From IMG/VR virus record IMGVR_UViG_3300032820_000001, positions 1 to 64,000 of that record: DNA of 64,000 bases. One strand, 5' to 3'. The notes below the pieces were generated by a model, which made no database searches, was not told where the DNA came from, and saw nothing but the letters and a program-made list of their open reading frames with translations. The DNA comes from a virus. The position numbers and the translations under genes were made by a program. Below, one piece after another: positions 52,812 to 62,769 of the stretch. Numbering within the stretch: position 1 is the first letter of the stretch; each line of letters opens with the position of its first letter.

Positions 52812-53591
52812 TTAAGCATTCAATAAGTCATTAAATGACTTGTCAACACTTGACGCATTATCCTTCGAAGTATACTTCGCGGTTTCAGAAGAGTCTCCTT
52901 CCGCCGTTTCATCGGAGGTGAGATACTCATCCAAGAACCCCTGAACATCAGACGTACTCTTCTTCTCGAAAAGAGAATCGATATCTGGAATGCTGTCCAA
53001 GATTTCCTTGCAAGCTTCGGGTGTTGCTTCGACGCAAACCGTAGAGGTAGAGCGTTTTGGCGTCAACTTCGTCTGCGGGAATGATTGACCTGCGGCCTTA
53101 CCGTAGTGAAGGTCAAGGTCAGTTCCTGCTTCGATGTCAGTGATGTCGCCATACTCAGGGTTCAACACAAGGTTAAGCAAGGTTTCATAAGCCATCTTGC
53201 CATAGCCCCAAATTTTCACACCCAAGTTTTCTTCGCCACGAACCAATACGGGTGAGAAGAATCGCTGCCGAGCGGTAAGCTCTTTGGCCATCTTCACACT
53301 GTCGTCATCGCCTTCTTTATAAAGCTTTCGGGCGAAGTCACAAACTGGGCACTCATCGCCAAAGTTTTTCTTTGGACACAAGAAGCCAGAATTGCTGCCG
53401 ACATTGTAGTGGAAATGGTAATCCTTAAAGGGATCGCCGTCTTTGGTTGTTATAATGCGAATCGTTTGGTTCCCATCCGAAGGTCGCCAGAAGGCACTAG
53501 ACCCATTGCTTCCCTTGGATTGAAGTTTGGTCAAACGGTCTCGCATTTTGCTCATATCAATTGTCATATTTTTTTCTCCTGTTAAAGTCAC
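52812..53591 (-). CDS. Single-stranded DNA-binding protein (T4 gp32-like)
   Basis: FWRP..G...IRI, HFHY, LCP, CPVC, L...YGDITD...G.D, acidic C-terminus ending FNDLLNA. Confidence 0.8.
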   Translation of the reverse strand: MTLTGEKNMTIDMSKMRDRLTKLQSKGSNGSSAFWRPSDGNQTIRIITTKDGDPFKDYHFHYNVGSNSGFLCPKKNFGDECPVCDFARKLYKEGDDDSVKMAKELTARQRFFSPVLVRGEENLGVKIWGYGKMAYETLLNLVLNPEYGDITDIEAGTDLDLHYGKAAGQSFPQTKLTPKRSTSTVCVEATPEACKEILDSIPDIDSLFEKKSTSDVQGFLDEYLTSDETAEGDSSETAKYTSKDNASSVDKSFNDLLNA

Positions 53592-53625
53592 TAGGGCAAA
53601 TCTCCCCTAAGTGCTGGTTTTTATT

Positions 53626-53654
53626 ATTATACCACAGATCATCTGTGCTGTCAA
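53626..53654 (-). promoter_or_regulatory. Perfect-consensus sigma70 promoter for ssb with palindromic spacer
   Basis: TTGACA-GCACAGATGATCTGTGG(17)-TATAAT; spacer contains CACAGAT-N-ATCTGTG. Confidence 0.85.
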
Positions 53655-53659
53655 GCACT

Positions 53660-54496
53660 TTAATCTCGCTTTTGTATCATCACTGAAGATTGTACACAAA
53701 AGACGTGTGGCTCCTCGTATGTGGTGGCGTACACCCTATATGAAGTTCGTTGTTCTCCCTCTCGGTGGGAGTCTATTTTCTCTTTCAGTTGTGAAAGTAA
53801 TTTATTATCATTCCTCAATTCATTCTCATTGATCCCGCAATAATACATACGCTCTCGAATATTATCTAAATCAAAAAAGTTCTTTTCATCTTTAGTATCT
53901 AAGGATACCATGCTGATGGTGGCGATTCGCGAGTAGTGAATTCCTTCAGAGTCCACGCTGAGAACAGGTTGCGAATGTTCGAAGTAATTTATGAGGTTTA
54001 GTGGGGAAACGATGTGCTGGTGAAAATTATCTTCGTAGCCAATGATCGGAACATCCCCCATCGCGGCCTGAATGTTTTCGGCACTAAAAAGCATAAGCTG
54101 GTGGATCACTCCAGACCGAGCATACTCCTGCAGAACATTGAAGACTAAATTCTCCTGAAGTTTTGATACTTCATTGAGAGAGGTTAGATCTGGCTGGATG
54201 TATACCACCGTACAGGCCCAAGGTCTTGTCTGTTCCAAAATCCTAAGAGTTGTCGCAGAAATAAGTTCTCCTCCGTTAACAAGAAAGATGCTCCTTCCCT
54301 TCAATTCCTTAAAAAAGTATTTCATGGAAGGGCAATTCTTCTCGTATTTTTCGGGGTGATCTTCTTTTTTGATCCCGCGAGTTCTCTTGGATTTTTCCAA
54401 ACCAACATTGATTTTGTAGACATCATAATTGTCGTGCTTGGCAAACTCATCTGCCAAGCGGCAACCCATGTCGCCTAGTCCAATAATGTTAATCAT
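53660..54496 (-). CDS. Divergent tubulin/FtsZ-like (PhuZ-type) protein
   Basis: IIGLGDMGCRLA (T1 loop), KINV, degenerate T4 loop NGGELISAT, YIQP, N...LQE. Confidence 0.7.
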   Translation of the reverse strand: MINIIGLGDMGCRLADEFAKHDNYDVYKINVGLEKSKRTRGIKKEDHPEKYEKNCPSMKYFFKELKGRSIFLVNGGELISATTLRILEQTRPWACTVVYIQPDLTSLNEVSKLQENLVFNVLQEYARSGVIHQLMLFSAENIQAAMGDVPIIGYEDNFHQHIVSPLNLINYFEHSQPVLSVDSEGIHYSRIATISMVSLDTKDEKNFFDLDNIRERMYYCGINENELRNDNKLLSQLKEKIDSHREGEQRTSYRVYATTYEEPHVFCVQSSVMIQKRD

Positions 54497-54528
54497 GTGA
54501 TCTCCTTGGGTATAAGGTGCCCCTGCAC

Positions 54529-56217
54529 CTACATAACCTTCCGGGCAGCCACGGCCAAGTTTCTGGCATATCTCTGCTTTGCCTTTTTGAAGGCTCTTCG
54601 AAGATCATCATCGTGAGACATTTCCAGTTCCGTGAGAGCCAGTGCTGCCATGGTGATATGCACCGCTGACTTGACATCCTTCGAGGCTGTTTTGCTAAAA
54701 ATCGTCTGTGAGATAAAATCATTCTCTGAGTTATAAGTTATTTCAATGCGATCCGGTGCTTCGGCCGGGGTGTTTAGCTTAAAAATCAAATCGTCTGGAT
54801 CGGACTCGAACTCAAAAGATTTTGTCGCAATTGTCCACTCATAACCATAATCCGCACAAGACTTCGGCTTTCGGGGGGTCTTATCCTTTCCTCGGCCCTG
54901 TGGAGCAGGTCGTGTAGTCCTTCCACTTTCATCTATTTTCTTGCGCGTTTGAGGATCCAATGCAAATCTTTCGGAATTTTCAGACAATTTCGTATCAAGC
55001 TCCCTAATAAGATCAGCCTCTCGTTCGGCAGCTCTGATTCGGGCTCTCTTTCGAACGTGAGCCAATGGCAGCTTGCACAGATCCTTCAGGGCGCGAACAA
55101 GGGACTGGTCCATCTCTGGTCGAGCCTTTTGCACGTTGTAACTTACGAGGCTTGTTTTGTTGGGGATTAACAAGTCCACATAAAAGCCCGTAAAAACATC
55201 ATTTTTTCCCCACACTCCAAAAGTTTGGGGATCGTACATATTCATCAACCTGCGGTTTTTAAAAAGTCTAACCCCTTGGCCGCGTGTCTTTTGACCACCG
55301 GTTTTGCCACGGCCCGGTGGGCTGAAATAAGTGACCTTTACTCTAACTTGTTCCTCTCCCACCTTCAAAGTAATAAATTCGCCCTTTTTCCAAGTAGTTT
55401 CCTCATATCCTTCCGAAGCAGGGTTAAGATCCTGTAAAGTGACTGGTCTTACTTCTCTTGAGAAAGGTTCATTCTTCCCGTTATAATTTACAGTAAAAGT
55501 AAGATCGCCATGGCTGGCTGGCGTGGAGATCATCTTGGAAAAAATAGTACCCAATGGCGCAAAAAGTGATGTGGCCCAACTTTTGGCGTTACAAGACTTC
55601 TTAACTTTAGATAAATTTGAAATAGAGATGATGGTGCCTGTAAAAGTATCGACATTTCCGCCAGAAATACCGCCAAGAGCAACTATAATTTCCTCGGATA
55701 ATTGATTTGCTACTTCTGAATATTCGTTAGGCGGGGTTGCCCAAAATGCCAAGTCGTTGGCTTCGCGAAGTAGATCGCACGAAATATGACCAAGGACATA
55801 GCGGCCCTTTTGGGCACTCAAAACTGTCAAAGAATCTCCCAAACTGAGGGATGCGGCTTTCATGCCAAGTCCAAATTCTCCAAGAGCCTTTTCATTTCCA
55901 AAGTCCCTCTCTCGCTCTGTGCCGAGGCGCATTGCTTCGCAGAGTTCGCCCGAAGTCATCCCTGATCCGTTGTCTGCAATGGTGATAGTGGCGTCCTTGA
56001 GATACTTAGAGCCGTCTTGGGGGTGGATAGCAACCTCAATTACGGAAGCTCCTGCTTCGATTGCATTATCGCATATATCTGCAGTTGCCTCTTCGGGCTT
56101 GTATCCGATAGAAGCAATCGCAGTTTGGAGCGTGATTGGGTTATAAGCCTCTCTGCCGCTATATATTACAGCGTTGTTTGGCTTGTTTGATTTATTTGTA
56201 GGGGGTGTGTGTTGCAT
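54529..56217 (-). CDS. MORC-type GHKL ATPase (HATPase_c_3 + S5-like domain)
   Basis: ADICDNAIEA (N box), IADNGSGM (G1), GEFGLGMKAAS (G2), GTII (G3), GVRLFKNRRL. Confidence 0.85.
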   Translation of the reverse strand: MQHTPPTNKSNKPNNAVIYSGREAYNPITLQTAIASIGYKPEEATADICDNAIEAGASVIEVAIHPQDGSKYLKDATITIADNGSGMTSGELCEAMRLGTERERDFGNEKALGEFGLGMKAASLSLGDSLTVLSAQKGRYVLGHISCDLLREANDLAFWATPPNEYSEVANQLSEEIIVALGGISGGNVDTFTGTIISISNLSKVKKSCNAKSWATSLFAPLGTIFSKMISTPASHGDLTFTVNYNGKNEPFSREVRPVTLQDLNPASEGYEETTWKKGEFITLKVGEEQVRVKVTYFSPPGRGKTGGQKTRGQGVRLFKNRRLMNMYDPQTFGVWGKNDVFTGFYVDLLIPNKTSLVSYNVQKARPEMDQSLVRALKDLCKLPLAHVRKRARIRAAEREADLIRELDTKLSENSERFALDPQTRKKIDESGRTTRPAPQGRGKDKTPRKPKSCADYGYEWTIATKSFEFESDPDDLIFKLNTPAEAPDRIEITYNSENDFISQTIFSKTASKDVKSAVHITMAALALTELEMSHDDDLRRAFKKAKQRYARNLAVAARKVM

Positions 56218-56289
56218 GATTTTCTACCTTCCTGTTCGCAGTGTGATGAATTTCACAATGCAGTGGTTATAATCAACTCAACTTGTATT

Positions 56290-56318
56290 ATTATACCACG
56301 GATCACTTTGCGTGTCAA
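56290..56318 (-). promoter_or_regulatory. Perfect-consensus sigma70 promoter for the MORC gene
   Basis: TTGACA-CGCAAAGTGATCCGTGG(17)-TATAAT. Confidence 0.85.
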
Positions 56319-57523
56319 GCTTTTATTCTCTGCAGATCTCCAAAATTTTTCCCAACCGACAAGGAGGCCATAAATTTCCCCATCTTCGTATTGGAAAAAA
56401 TCTCCAAAATCTCTTTGATTTCATACCTTTCCTCGTCCAGCAAATCAATCACCACCGAATCGTGGAGACAAAATTTAATGAAACTTTTTTTATCTTTCAG
56501 TAGATCTCTTAGCGCCAGCATACGATCAAATACGAGATCAGCTGTTGTACTCTGAACCAGATAATTGAGTGCATGGTGATCGTCGGCCTCAAGTTTTCGG
56601 CCAAATGGTGTAGTCACGATCCCAGCTTTGGGATCATAAAACTTACTTAGAACCTTTTCTTTTTCGTACAGCCGCGAAAGTTCTTCGCCAATATCGGATG
56701 TCTTCGATCCATACAGCCACGATATTACGGACTTTTTCGCTTCTTCTCTTGATGTATTTAGAACGTCCGAGTTCCATTTGTGAATATCCTCTTCTGGTTG
56801 TTCCTTTCCTGCGAGGGCAAGAAGGGTGCGAAGTTCTGCAGCGTTATAATCCAATTCCACAATCCAGTCATTCGTTGGTTGTACTATGCAACGAAAATCC
56901 TTATCCAAATTAAGTATGGGGAAGGATCCCTTTTTCACCGAAAGTCTGCCTGTCTTTGTTTTGAAGGCATCATAAGATACAAAGTCTGCCTTGCGTCCTT
57001 GGTTTAGATCCCGAACAAAGTCCCTCGCTCTTTTGTTGTGAATTTTTCGTTGTAAGGGGGAGACATTGAGCTCTATTTTCTTGTCTTCTATCTCCAGCAG
57101 CATCTCGCTTAGGCTTCGCATGAAGTCATAATTTTGGGGTTTTTCTTGGGTGCTAAAAACATGTTTTATTATTTCTGTTTTGAGGTCACAATACCTCAAT
57201 AGATATTGTCTGGGGATCAAATCAAAGATGCAATTATCGAAGAGGTTTACTTTGGCCTCTTTGAATGAATTGCGATAAGCTTCCATTCTTTTCATTATTG
57301 CCGCCCACTCTTCCTTAATATGCGGGGGACACATCTCAGTGAGGTTCTTTCCTCCCGCATAAAAATATGCGAACTCTGCATCGGTGGCATCGATTGAGTG
57401 CAGCGATGGCGTTGGACGCCAAGTGTGGGTGAGGTCGCCTGGAATATTATCGAAGTGTAATTCGCCATCGCAGAACACACCAACGCACTCCTTCTTATCG
57501 TCAAGAGTGGCAAAATATGTCAT
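56315..57523 (-). CDS. polA: Family A DNA polymerase catalytic domain (short; no exonuclease domains)
   Basis: TKTGRLS, motif A LDYNAAELR, motif B REEAK..ISWLYG, NYLVQSTTAD, motif C LHDSVV. Confidence 0.82.
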   Translation of the reverse strand: MTYFATLDDKKECVGVFCDGELHFDNIPGDLTHTWRPTPSLHSIDATDAEFAYFYAGGKNLTEMCPPHIKEEWAAIMKRMEAYRNSFKEAKVNLFDNCIFDLIPRQYLLRYCDLKTEIIKHVFSTQEKPQNYDFMRSLSEMLLEIEDKKIELNVSPLQRKIHNKRARDFVRDLNQGRKADFVSYDAFKTKTGRLSVKKGSFPILNLDKDFRCIVQPTNDWIVELDYNAAELRTLLALAGKEQPEEDIHKWNSDVLNTSREEAKKSVISWLYGSKTSDIGEELSRLYEKEKVLSKFYDPKAGIVTTPFGRKLEADDHHALNYLVQSTTADLVFDRMLALRDLLKDKKSFIKFCLHDSVVIDLLDEERYEIKEILEIFSNTKMGKFMASLSVGKNFGDLQRIKA

Positions 57524-57535
57524 AAGTCCTCTTTT

Positions 57536-58735
57536 TTAAAAGCGAAAACGGGGGGATCTCTTGTTGGTGGAAACCGTTAAGGGATCAAACTTACTATTAA
57601 TATAACCTAATGCGCTCTCAATGTCAAGGTATTTGTTGAGGGAAATTGATTCTTTTACAATATCGTCAAATTGTTCCTGCGAGATTGCGGAGTTTATTTC
57701 CACTCCCTTGATGAAAGCATAAATGCGGAGCCACGTCGGGTACCCCATCATCGAAATCATTTCATCCAGGCTGTCAAAGTGGTTGGGATTGTAAACTTCG
57801 CGGGGCTTGAGGGAATAGGAGGTTTTGCCATTCGAGTGGCAGATGGTGGCAGTTGTGCTGCCCGGTGGGAAAATTTCATAATAAAGCATATTAATCATTT
57901 TCACAATTTCATAGAACTCTGCTTGCAGGGGGTTGAAATATAATTTGTTAAACATATCCTGAGAATTTAGGTATCCTCTCTTCTGCATATATTCTTTTGT
58001 TGCCTCCGAAGAAAGGTTGACCACAAATCGCCATGGCGCGTGGCGATCCAAAATGAATCCGTGGTTCTGGGCCAGTTGAAAGAAGTGGGAAAAGTTGGGG
58101 TCTTCAAAATATTGAGAGCAGCTAATATAATCATCTCCGTATTGTTCATTGTTGATATCGAATGCGAGACCAGTGGCGAAGATATCATTGTGGCTGGACA
58201 AAGTATATCTTCCGAATGTGAGTGGAAAGGTTGGATTAAGTTCTGTAGCAAATTCCAGGAAAACTAAGAGAAAGTCTCGAAAGCTTTTAATCTTATTAAA
58301 GCTTTGCGGAGAGTCTACTTTTCTCTCTTTAAATTTCTTTTTAACCTTGGCAAGATATGCAATGTATTCGCTCTTCCAAGTTGTGTCAGATCGCGATGTG
58401 AGGCCAAGGCCAGCGAAGGGGCCAGAAGAGCGCATGGCTCGGCTTTCAACTCGCTTAAGCAGTGCAGCTGAGAAATCTTCTAGGGCGTCTGCGACGAAAT
58501 CGAAAGTGTTGACCGTTCCTTGGAATGGCGTCATGAGGGACAGGTGTGGTACCGCAATTTTAAGATCCAAGTTCACCTTCCCATATAGAGTCTTCTTGCG
58601 AAGATCTATTAAAGACAGGTTAGGGTTATCATCTACGACGCCAGTTGCATATTTTTCATAGTGTTTCCTCTGAACATATGTATACTTAGCATTAAGTTGA
58701 TTGTTTCCTTTTGGTTTAATTTGGGGCATCATCAC
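57536..58735 (-). CDS. Hypothetical protein
   Basis: 399 aa ORF; GFILDRHAPWRFVVNL. Confidence 0.65.
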   Translation of the reverse strand: MMMPQIKPKGNNQLNAKYTYVQRKHYEKYATGVVDDNPNLSLIDLRKKTLYGKVNLDLKIAVPHLSLMTPFQGTVNTFDFVADALEDFSAALLKRVESRAMRSSGPFAGLGLTSRSDTTWKSEYIAYLAKVKKKFKERKVDSPQSFNKIKSFRDFLLVFLEFATELNPTFPLTFGRYTLSSHNDIFATGLAFDINNEQYGDDYISCSQYFEDPNFSHFFQLAQNHGFILDRHAPWRFVVNLSSEATKEYMQKRGYLNSQDMFNKLYFNPLQAEFYEIVKMINMLYYEIFPPGSTTATICHSNGKTSYSLKPREVYNPNHFDSLDEMISMMGYPTWLRIYAFIKGVEINSAISQEQFDDIVKESISLNKYLDIESALGYINSKFDPLTVSTNKRSPRFRF

Positions 58736-61700
58736 ACCTCAACTCTCCCGAATGTTTAAATGTACAATCAAGAGTTGTAGTCCATGAACCGTTTTCTACG
58801 CGGTTGGTGATATTAACTATAGTAAAATATCCAGGCAATCCCAGCTTAAGCAAATTTGCATGGGTGCCGTGGGATGTTGGTTTGATATATACTTCCTGTG
58901 TGGCGCAAAAGAATGGAGTTCCATATAAAGTTACAGTAGCATTGTAAATCCTTGGGATGGCCTTGGGGCCAGTCTTTATATCGAGCATTGCCTGCATCGT
59001 GTTGTAGGTTTCAAACTCGCTCCAAGTGACAGCATTCATCTTTATGTCCTTTACCACGCCTGCATCTTGGCCAGAGTGGAGATGATATATACCATCCCTG
59101 ACATCGCGGCGGTAATCTCTCGTGTTGTTGCCATAATAGCGGTTAATATTTGTTTCCTGTGCAAAAATAAACAGGTAGTCTTTCTGCGGTGCTGTATTAC
59201 TCTCTCGGTGATCTTCATTTTGAGTGAGGGGGAGGGACGCCTTTGTTGAAGACGCCTGTGGGTTTGCTAAATCCTCCACATATAACAATTCGCCACGTTT
59301 GCGTTTCGTGACGGGGCCATTCTCTTCAACGAAGCCAAACGCATCTGGCTTGGCAGCGTCTTCAGAAACATGAGCTGAATAAGCGGTGGTTATAATATTT
59401 TTGCGTTGGGCTGGTAACATCAAGTCTGGGCTTTGTTCCTCTAGGGCAGAGACAATAAGACTATTGATACTCTCAGAAATAAATCTTTTAAGGGGGTAGG
59501 TGAAGAGGCTTTTGTTGACCACCTTCTCACTCCACCAACGCTGAAATAGTCTAAATGAAATTGGGATGTCGGCAATGTTCACAACATGGCGGGTCAGCAA
59601 GTCGTTGCTGCAGGGCTCTTTCTCCTGAGTATACGCCTCTGTTTGGGTCGCGGGGTCGGCAACTGGTCCAGATAATTCAGTGGTAACGCTTGCTTCCTCA
59701 AATTTCGGCTTGGGGTCATAATATTTGATTTCAACGCCAGCTGCAAGTTCTTCCTCTTCGGTCTCAGGTAAGGGTTCTTCTGGGAGAAGGGCTGGCATAC
59801 CCTCAAGGCCCTCGGATTTCCAGTATTCTTTTTCTTCCTCGGATAATTCTGCTGTCGGCTTCTTTTCATTTTTGGTGTCGGCAACAACAAGGGCCTCACT
59901 TTCTGGATCTTTGCTTTTGCTCTTAGTTCCTTTATATTCGTGACACTCGGAAGCTGTGTTATATCTGTCCCTTAGAATAACCTGTCCAGTTCCCTCGTCA
60001 ACCCCCACGGTGGATTGGGGATTCTCATTAGGAGAAACGCCTCGGATGATTGTCATCGGACCCAAGACAGTTCTTAATTCAAGAGAGCTATCGTTATTAT
60101 CTGAAGTGAATTGCTCGTCAAGAACTACCTCTAGGAGATCCCCGTAAAAAAAATAAGGTATCTTGTATCCCTCTTTGCTAAAAAATGGACAACAATAATC
60201 AGCTGAACCGAAGGTTTTTTGGAAATCTATGTGTTGGGCTCCGCGAGTTACATCGCAAGGATTAACTTGTACCGCCTTAATACGGTTTTCTGTGATGAGT
60301 TTGTCAACCACCGTGGCGTAGAGGGCCTTCTTCTGTAATTTCGCGGTCATATATTTTTCAAACTCTTGTGCTGTCAGATCTGGCTTGGCTCTTGCGCTCA
60401 GATCTCGAATTCTTTTTGTAAGTGTGGGGAGGTCTTCACTCTCCAACCTCTCAGTATCAATCTCTCCCGGTTCGATTGTTTTATTGGCGTACTGTTGTGC
60501 TCTAGCTACTCTGGTTACGAGATCTTTATATGTTACGATATCAGCGGCGCGTTGGACCAAAAGCTGTTGGCGCTCTGCCATCATTTCTTTGGTAAGTTTG
60601 TCTGCCAAAATATTGGCTCGGCGCGGGTCGTTGGTGGTGGCATCAACTGAACTTTGGAAATCTAAGTCCACAAAAAGGCTCCCATCATCGTTTAGAGAGA
60701 TGGTGTGCAGGCTCGTCATCATCTTTAATTTAACTTTTAACTTTTCTACTCGGTCGGCCAGTTCCGAATGATCTCGCCAGATATCGCTTTTTCTATCAAT
60801 CGCGTATTCGACAACTACTTGGTTCTCAAGGTTGTGAGGTGAAAAAATTACGTTGCCGGCTGTTGCTTGCGACTTTATCTCCTCCGATGCTTCTCTGGGC
60901 CAGAAAATATCAGAGAAACTATAGGTGTGTCCAGCATCGTTAGTTCTCTCTTTCAAAAGCTCATCCACACTCTGGGCCCTTATTCTCATTTTGGTGCGAA
61001 CGTATCTCTTAGCCTCCTCCACGTTCAGGTTGCCTGAGATAACCCAATCAAAACTCATGAGGCCGACGCCCGTACTTGTCCCAAGGTTCGTTCCAGAAGT
61101 AAGGCCAGCTTCATCGGGGAATTGCTCAAATTCATATTCCGCCATTACAGTTTCTTTCTTTCCATCGCGGCCTTTTCTGTCGACAGGCTTGTACACTCTC
61201 ACTCTTGGGATCATTGCCGATAAATGAATTGGCTTTAAGTCCTCAAAGATATAAGACATGTCACTTCGTGAAGTAATTAAGTTTCCAAGATCTCGCATGT
61301 GCGCTCCATCTTTAAGATCCAAAGTGGCAAAGCGCCTGTACAGGTCGGAGCCTCTCTCTTTGCGCTCATCTTTGCCGTGTTGCATCACGTCAACTAGGTG
61401 CCATAAAAGAATCCCTTGCTCACTTAGAGTTCGTTGATTTTCGATGGAGTCATTCTGGGCCCTCACTCTGGCTTCTTGGGCCTCGGCGGATTGGGATTTG
61501 TCAGCGTCGTAACCCTCGTCGCTCTTACGCTTCCTTTCCGGGTCGATATAGTAGTCAAAGTAGAAGGCTCGTAAAAACTTTTGATCAGATTCGTTCTGAA
61601 CTCCTGTTGAATCCTCCACAGGGGTGGTATCTGAGGATATGAGATTTCCGGCGGAATTGGTAGCTACATTTTCTTGGACACTCTGGCCCGTCGTTTTATC

Positions 61701-62417
61701 TTCGAGATATTGAGTCTTATTCGCAGACTTTGCTAAGATTTCGGAAATTTTGTCAGCCACTACTTCGACGGGATCGGGATATTCCAGGGCGGAGGAGAAC
61801 ATTTGAGAATCTTTGGTTCGGTTAAAAGAGGAAATTTTAAAAAGAATATCCCAAGGGCGATTGGTGTTAGATATATAGTCCAGCTGTGGATCGGTAAACC
61901 TACTACCCCCAATAACCTCGTAGAAACCAGCGGGCCAGCGATTGTTGCCCTTCGATATGTTGCCCTCTTGGCCGGGGGGATTTTCATCTACAAGCTCTTC
62001 ACCCAGATAATAAAGGCGGATAGTGAAATAATCTTCGCCACGGCCACCTGACTTCGTAAAAGTAAAGGGAACTCGATAGCCAAAATCGAATTCGTGGCCC
62101 CCTGAAGTTATTCCTGGGCCCAAGAAGCCTCTATCGTTAAAGTCCGAGGGGAAGGGCCGTGGCCACGAAAGAGTCTCACCGGGCTGACGCCTGTTTGTTG
62201 GTGCAAAGTCATCCCAGAGGGGTCTGTCCACGCCAGGGAAAAGGTCTCGATTGGGGTACATTTTCGTTTTGTCCCAAAAAGCTTTTGCTGCGATTAGAAA
62301 TAGTGCTTGATTTGTATTGATCGCTGTGTTGCGCAACACATTTTTGCCATCATCCGCCAGCTTTCCTTTGAAAAGATTCTGTCGTAATTCTTTTTTAAGT
62401 TCGGGAGAGTAAGTCAT
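58716..62417 (-). CDS. Large baseplate hub-like tail protein
   Basis: C-terminal YNATVTLYGTPFF...LGLPGYFTIVNIT...WTTTLDC resembles gp27-type hubs; follows LysM/X and tube-initiator genes. Confidence 0.55.
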   Translation of the reverse strand: MTYSPELKKELRQNLFKGKLADDGKNVLRNTAINTNQALFLIAAKAFWDKTKMYPNRDLFPGVDRPLWDDFAPTNRRQPGETLSWPRPFPSDFNDRGFLGPGITSGGHEFDFGYRVPFTFTKSGGRGEDYFTIRLYYLGEELVDENPPGQEGNISKGNNRWPAGFYEVIGGSRFTDPQLDYISNTNRPWDILFKISSFNRTKDSQMFSSALEYPDPVEVVADKISEILAKSANKTQYLEDKTTGQSVQENVATNSAGNLISSDTTPVEDSTGVQNESDQKFLRAFYFDYYIDPERKRKSDEGYDADKSQSAEAQEARVRAQNDSIENQRTLSEQGILLWHLVDVMQHGKDERKERGSDLYRRFATLDLKDGAHMRDLGNLITSRSDMSYIFEDLKPIHLSAMIPRVRVYKPVDRKGRDGKKETVMAEYEFEQFPDEAGLTSGTNLGTSTGVGLMSFDWVISGNLNVEEAKRYVRTKMRIRAQSVDELLKERTNDAGHTYSFSDIFWPREASEEIKSQATAGNVIFSPHNLENQVVVEYAIDRKSDIWRDHSELADRVEKLKVKLKMMTSLHTISLNDDGSLFVDLDFQSSVDATTNDPRRANILADKLTKEMMAERQQLLVQRAADIVTYKDLVTRVARAQQYANKTIEPGEIDTERLESEDLPTLTKRIRDLSARAKPDLTAQEFEKYMTAKLQKKALYATVVDKLITENRIKAVQVNPCDVTRGAQHIDFQKTFGSADYCCPFFSKEGYKIPYFFYGDLLEVVLDEQFTSDNNDSSLELRTVLGPMTIIRGVSPNENPQSTVGVDEGTGQVILRDRYNTASECHEYKGTKSKSKDPESEALVVADTKNEKKPTAELSEEEKEYWKSEGLEGMPALLPEEPLPETEEEELAAGVEIKYYDPKPKFEEASVTTELSGPVADPATQTEAYTQEKEPCSNDLLTRHVVNIADIPISFRLFQRWWSEKVVNKSLFTYPLKRFISESINSLIVSALEEQSPDLMLPAQRKNIITTAYSAHVSEDAAKPDAFGFVEENGPVTKRKRGELLYVEDLANPQASSTKASLPLTQNEDHRESNTAPQKDYLFIFAQETNINRYYGNNTRDYRRDVRDGIYHLHSGQDAGVVKDIKMNAVTWSEFETYNTMQAMLDIKTGPKAIPRIYNATVTLYGTPFFCATQEVYIKPTSHGTHANLLKLGLPGYFTIVNITNRVENGSWTTTLDCTFKHSGELRCDDAPN

Positions 62418-62427
62418 ATCTGTCTCC

Positions 62428-62769
62428 CTACATCCTTAACAGGCCATAGACCTTATCCAGTGGCTTGGGAATATAAAGGGCGTCTCCAACGGAAATGTGA
62501 CCTTCGGTGGGCTTGCCGTTATACCATGCAATGATCCACCACAACTCTGGTTTTCCGTAGTGTTCATCGGCCAATTTGTAGAGTCTGTCACCAGTTCCCC
62601 AAATGTGCATGATGTTGTTGAACGTTCCTACCTCTTCGATATCTGGTTGTCTTTTCCTGTTTGTTTTATACTGAATTAAACCCTGCGTAACACCGCGAGC
62701 TTTGCGGAGCTTGCGATATAACATTGAGTTATTAAATTTTGTTTGTGATGATTTATATCTGCCTGACAT
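62428..62769 (-). CDS. LysM / tail protein X-like baseplate protein
   Basis: HIWGTGDRLYKLADEHYGKPELWWIIAWYN...GDALYIP. Confidence 0.8.
   Translation of the reverse strand: MSGRYKSSQTKFNNSMLYRKLRKARGVTQGLIQYKTNRKRQPDIEEVGTFNNIMHIWGTGDRLYKLADEHYGKPELWWIIAWYNGKPTEGHISVGDALYIPKPLDKVYGLLRM

Noticed and set aside
53660-54496. Nucleus-forming (chimallin) jumbo phage
   Set aside because: Tubulin alone is insufficient. No chimallin or multisubunit phage RNAP is recognisable here, and host-type sigma70 promoters are abundant.
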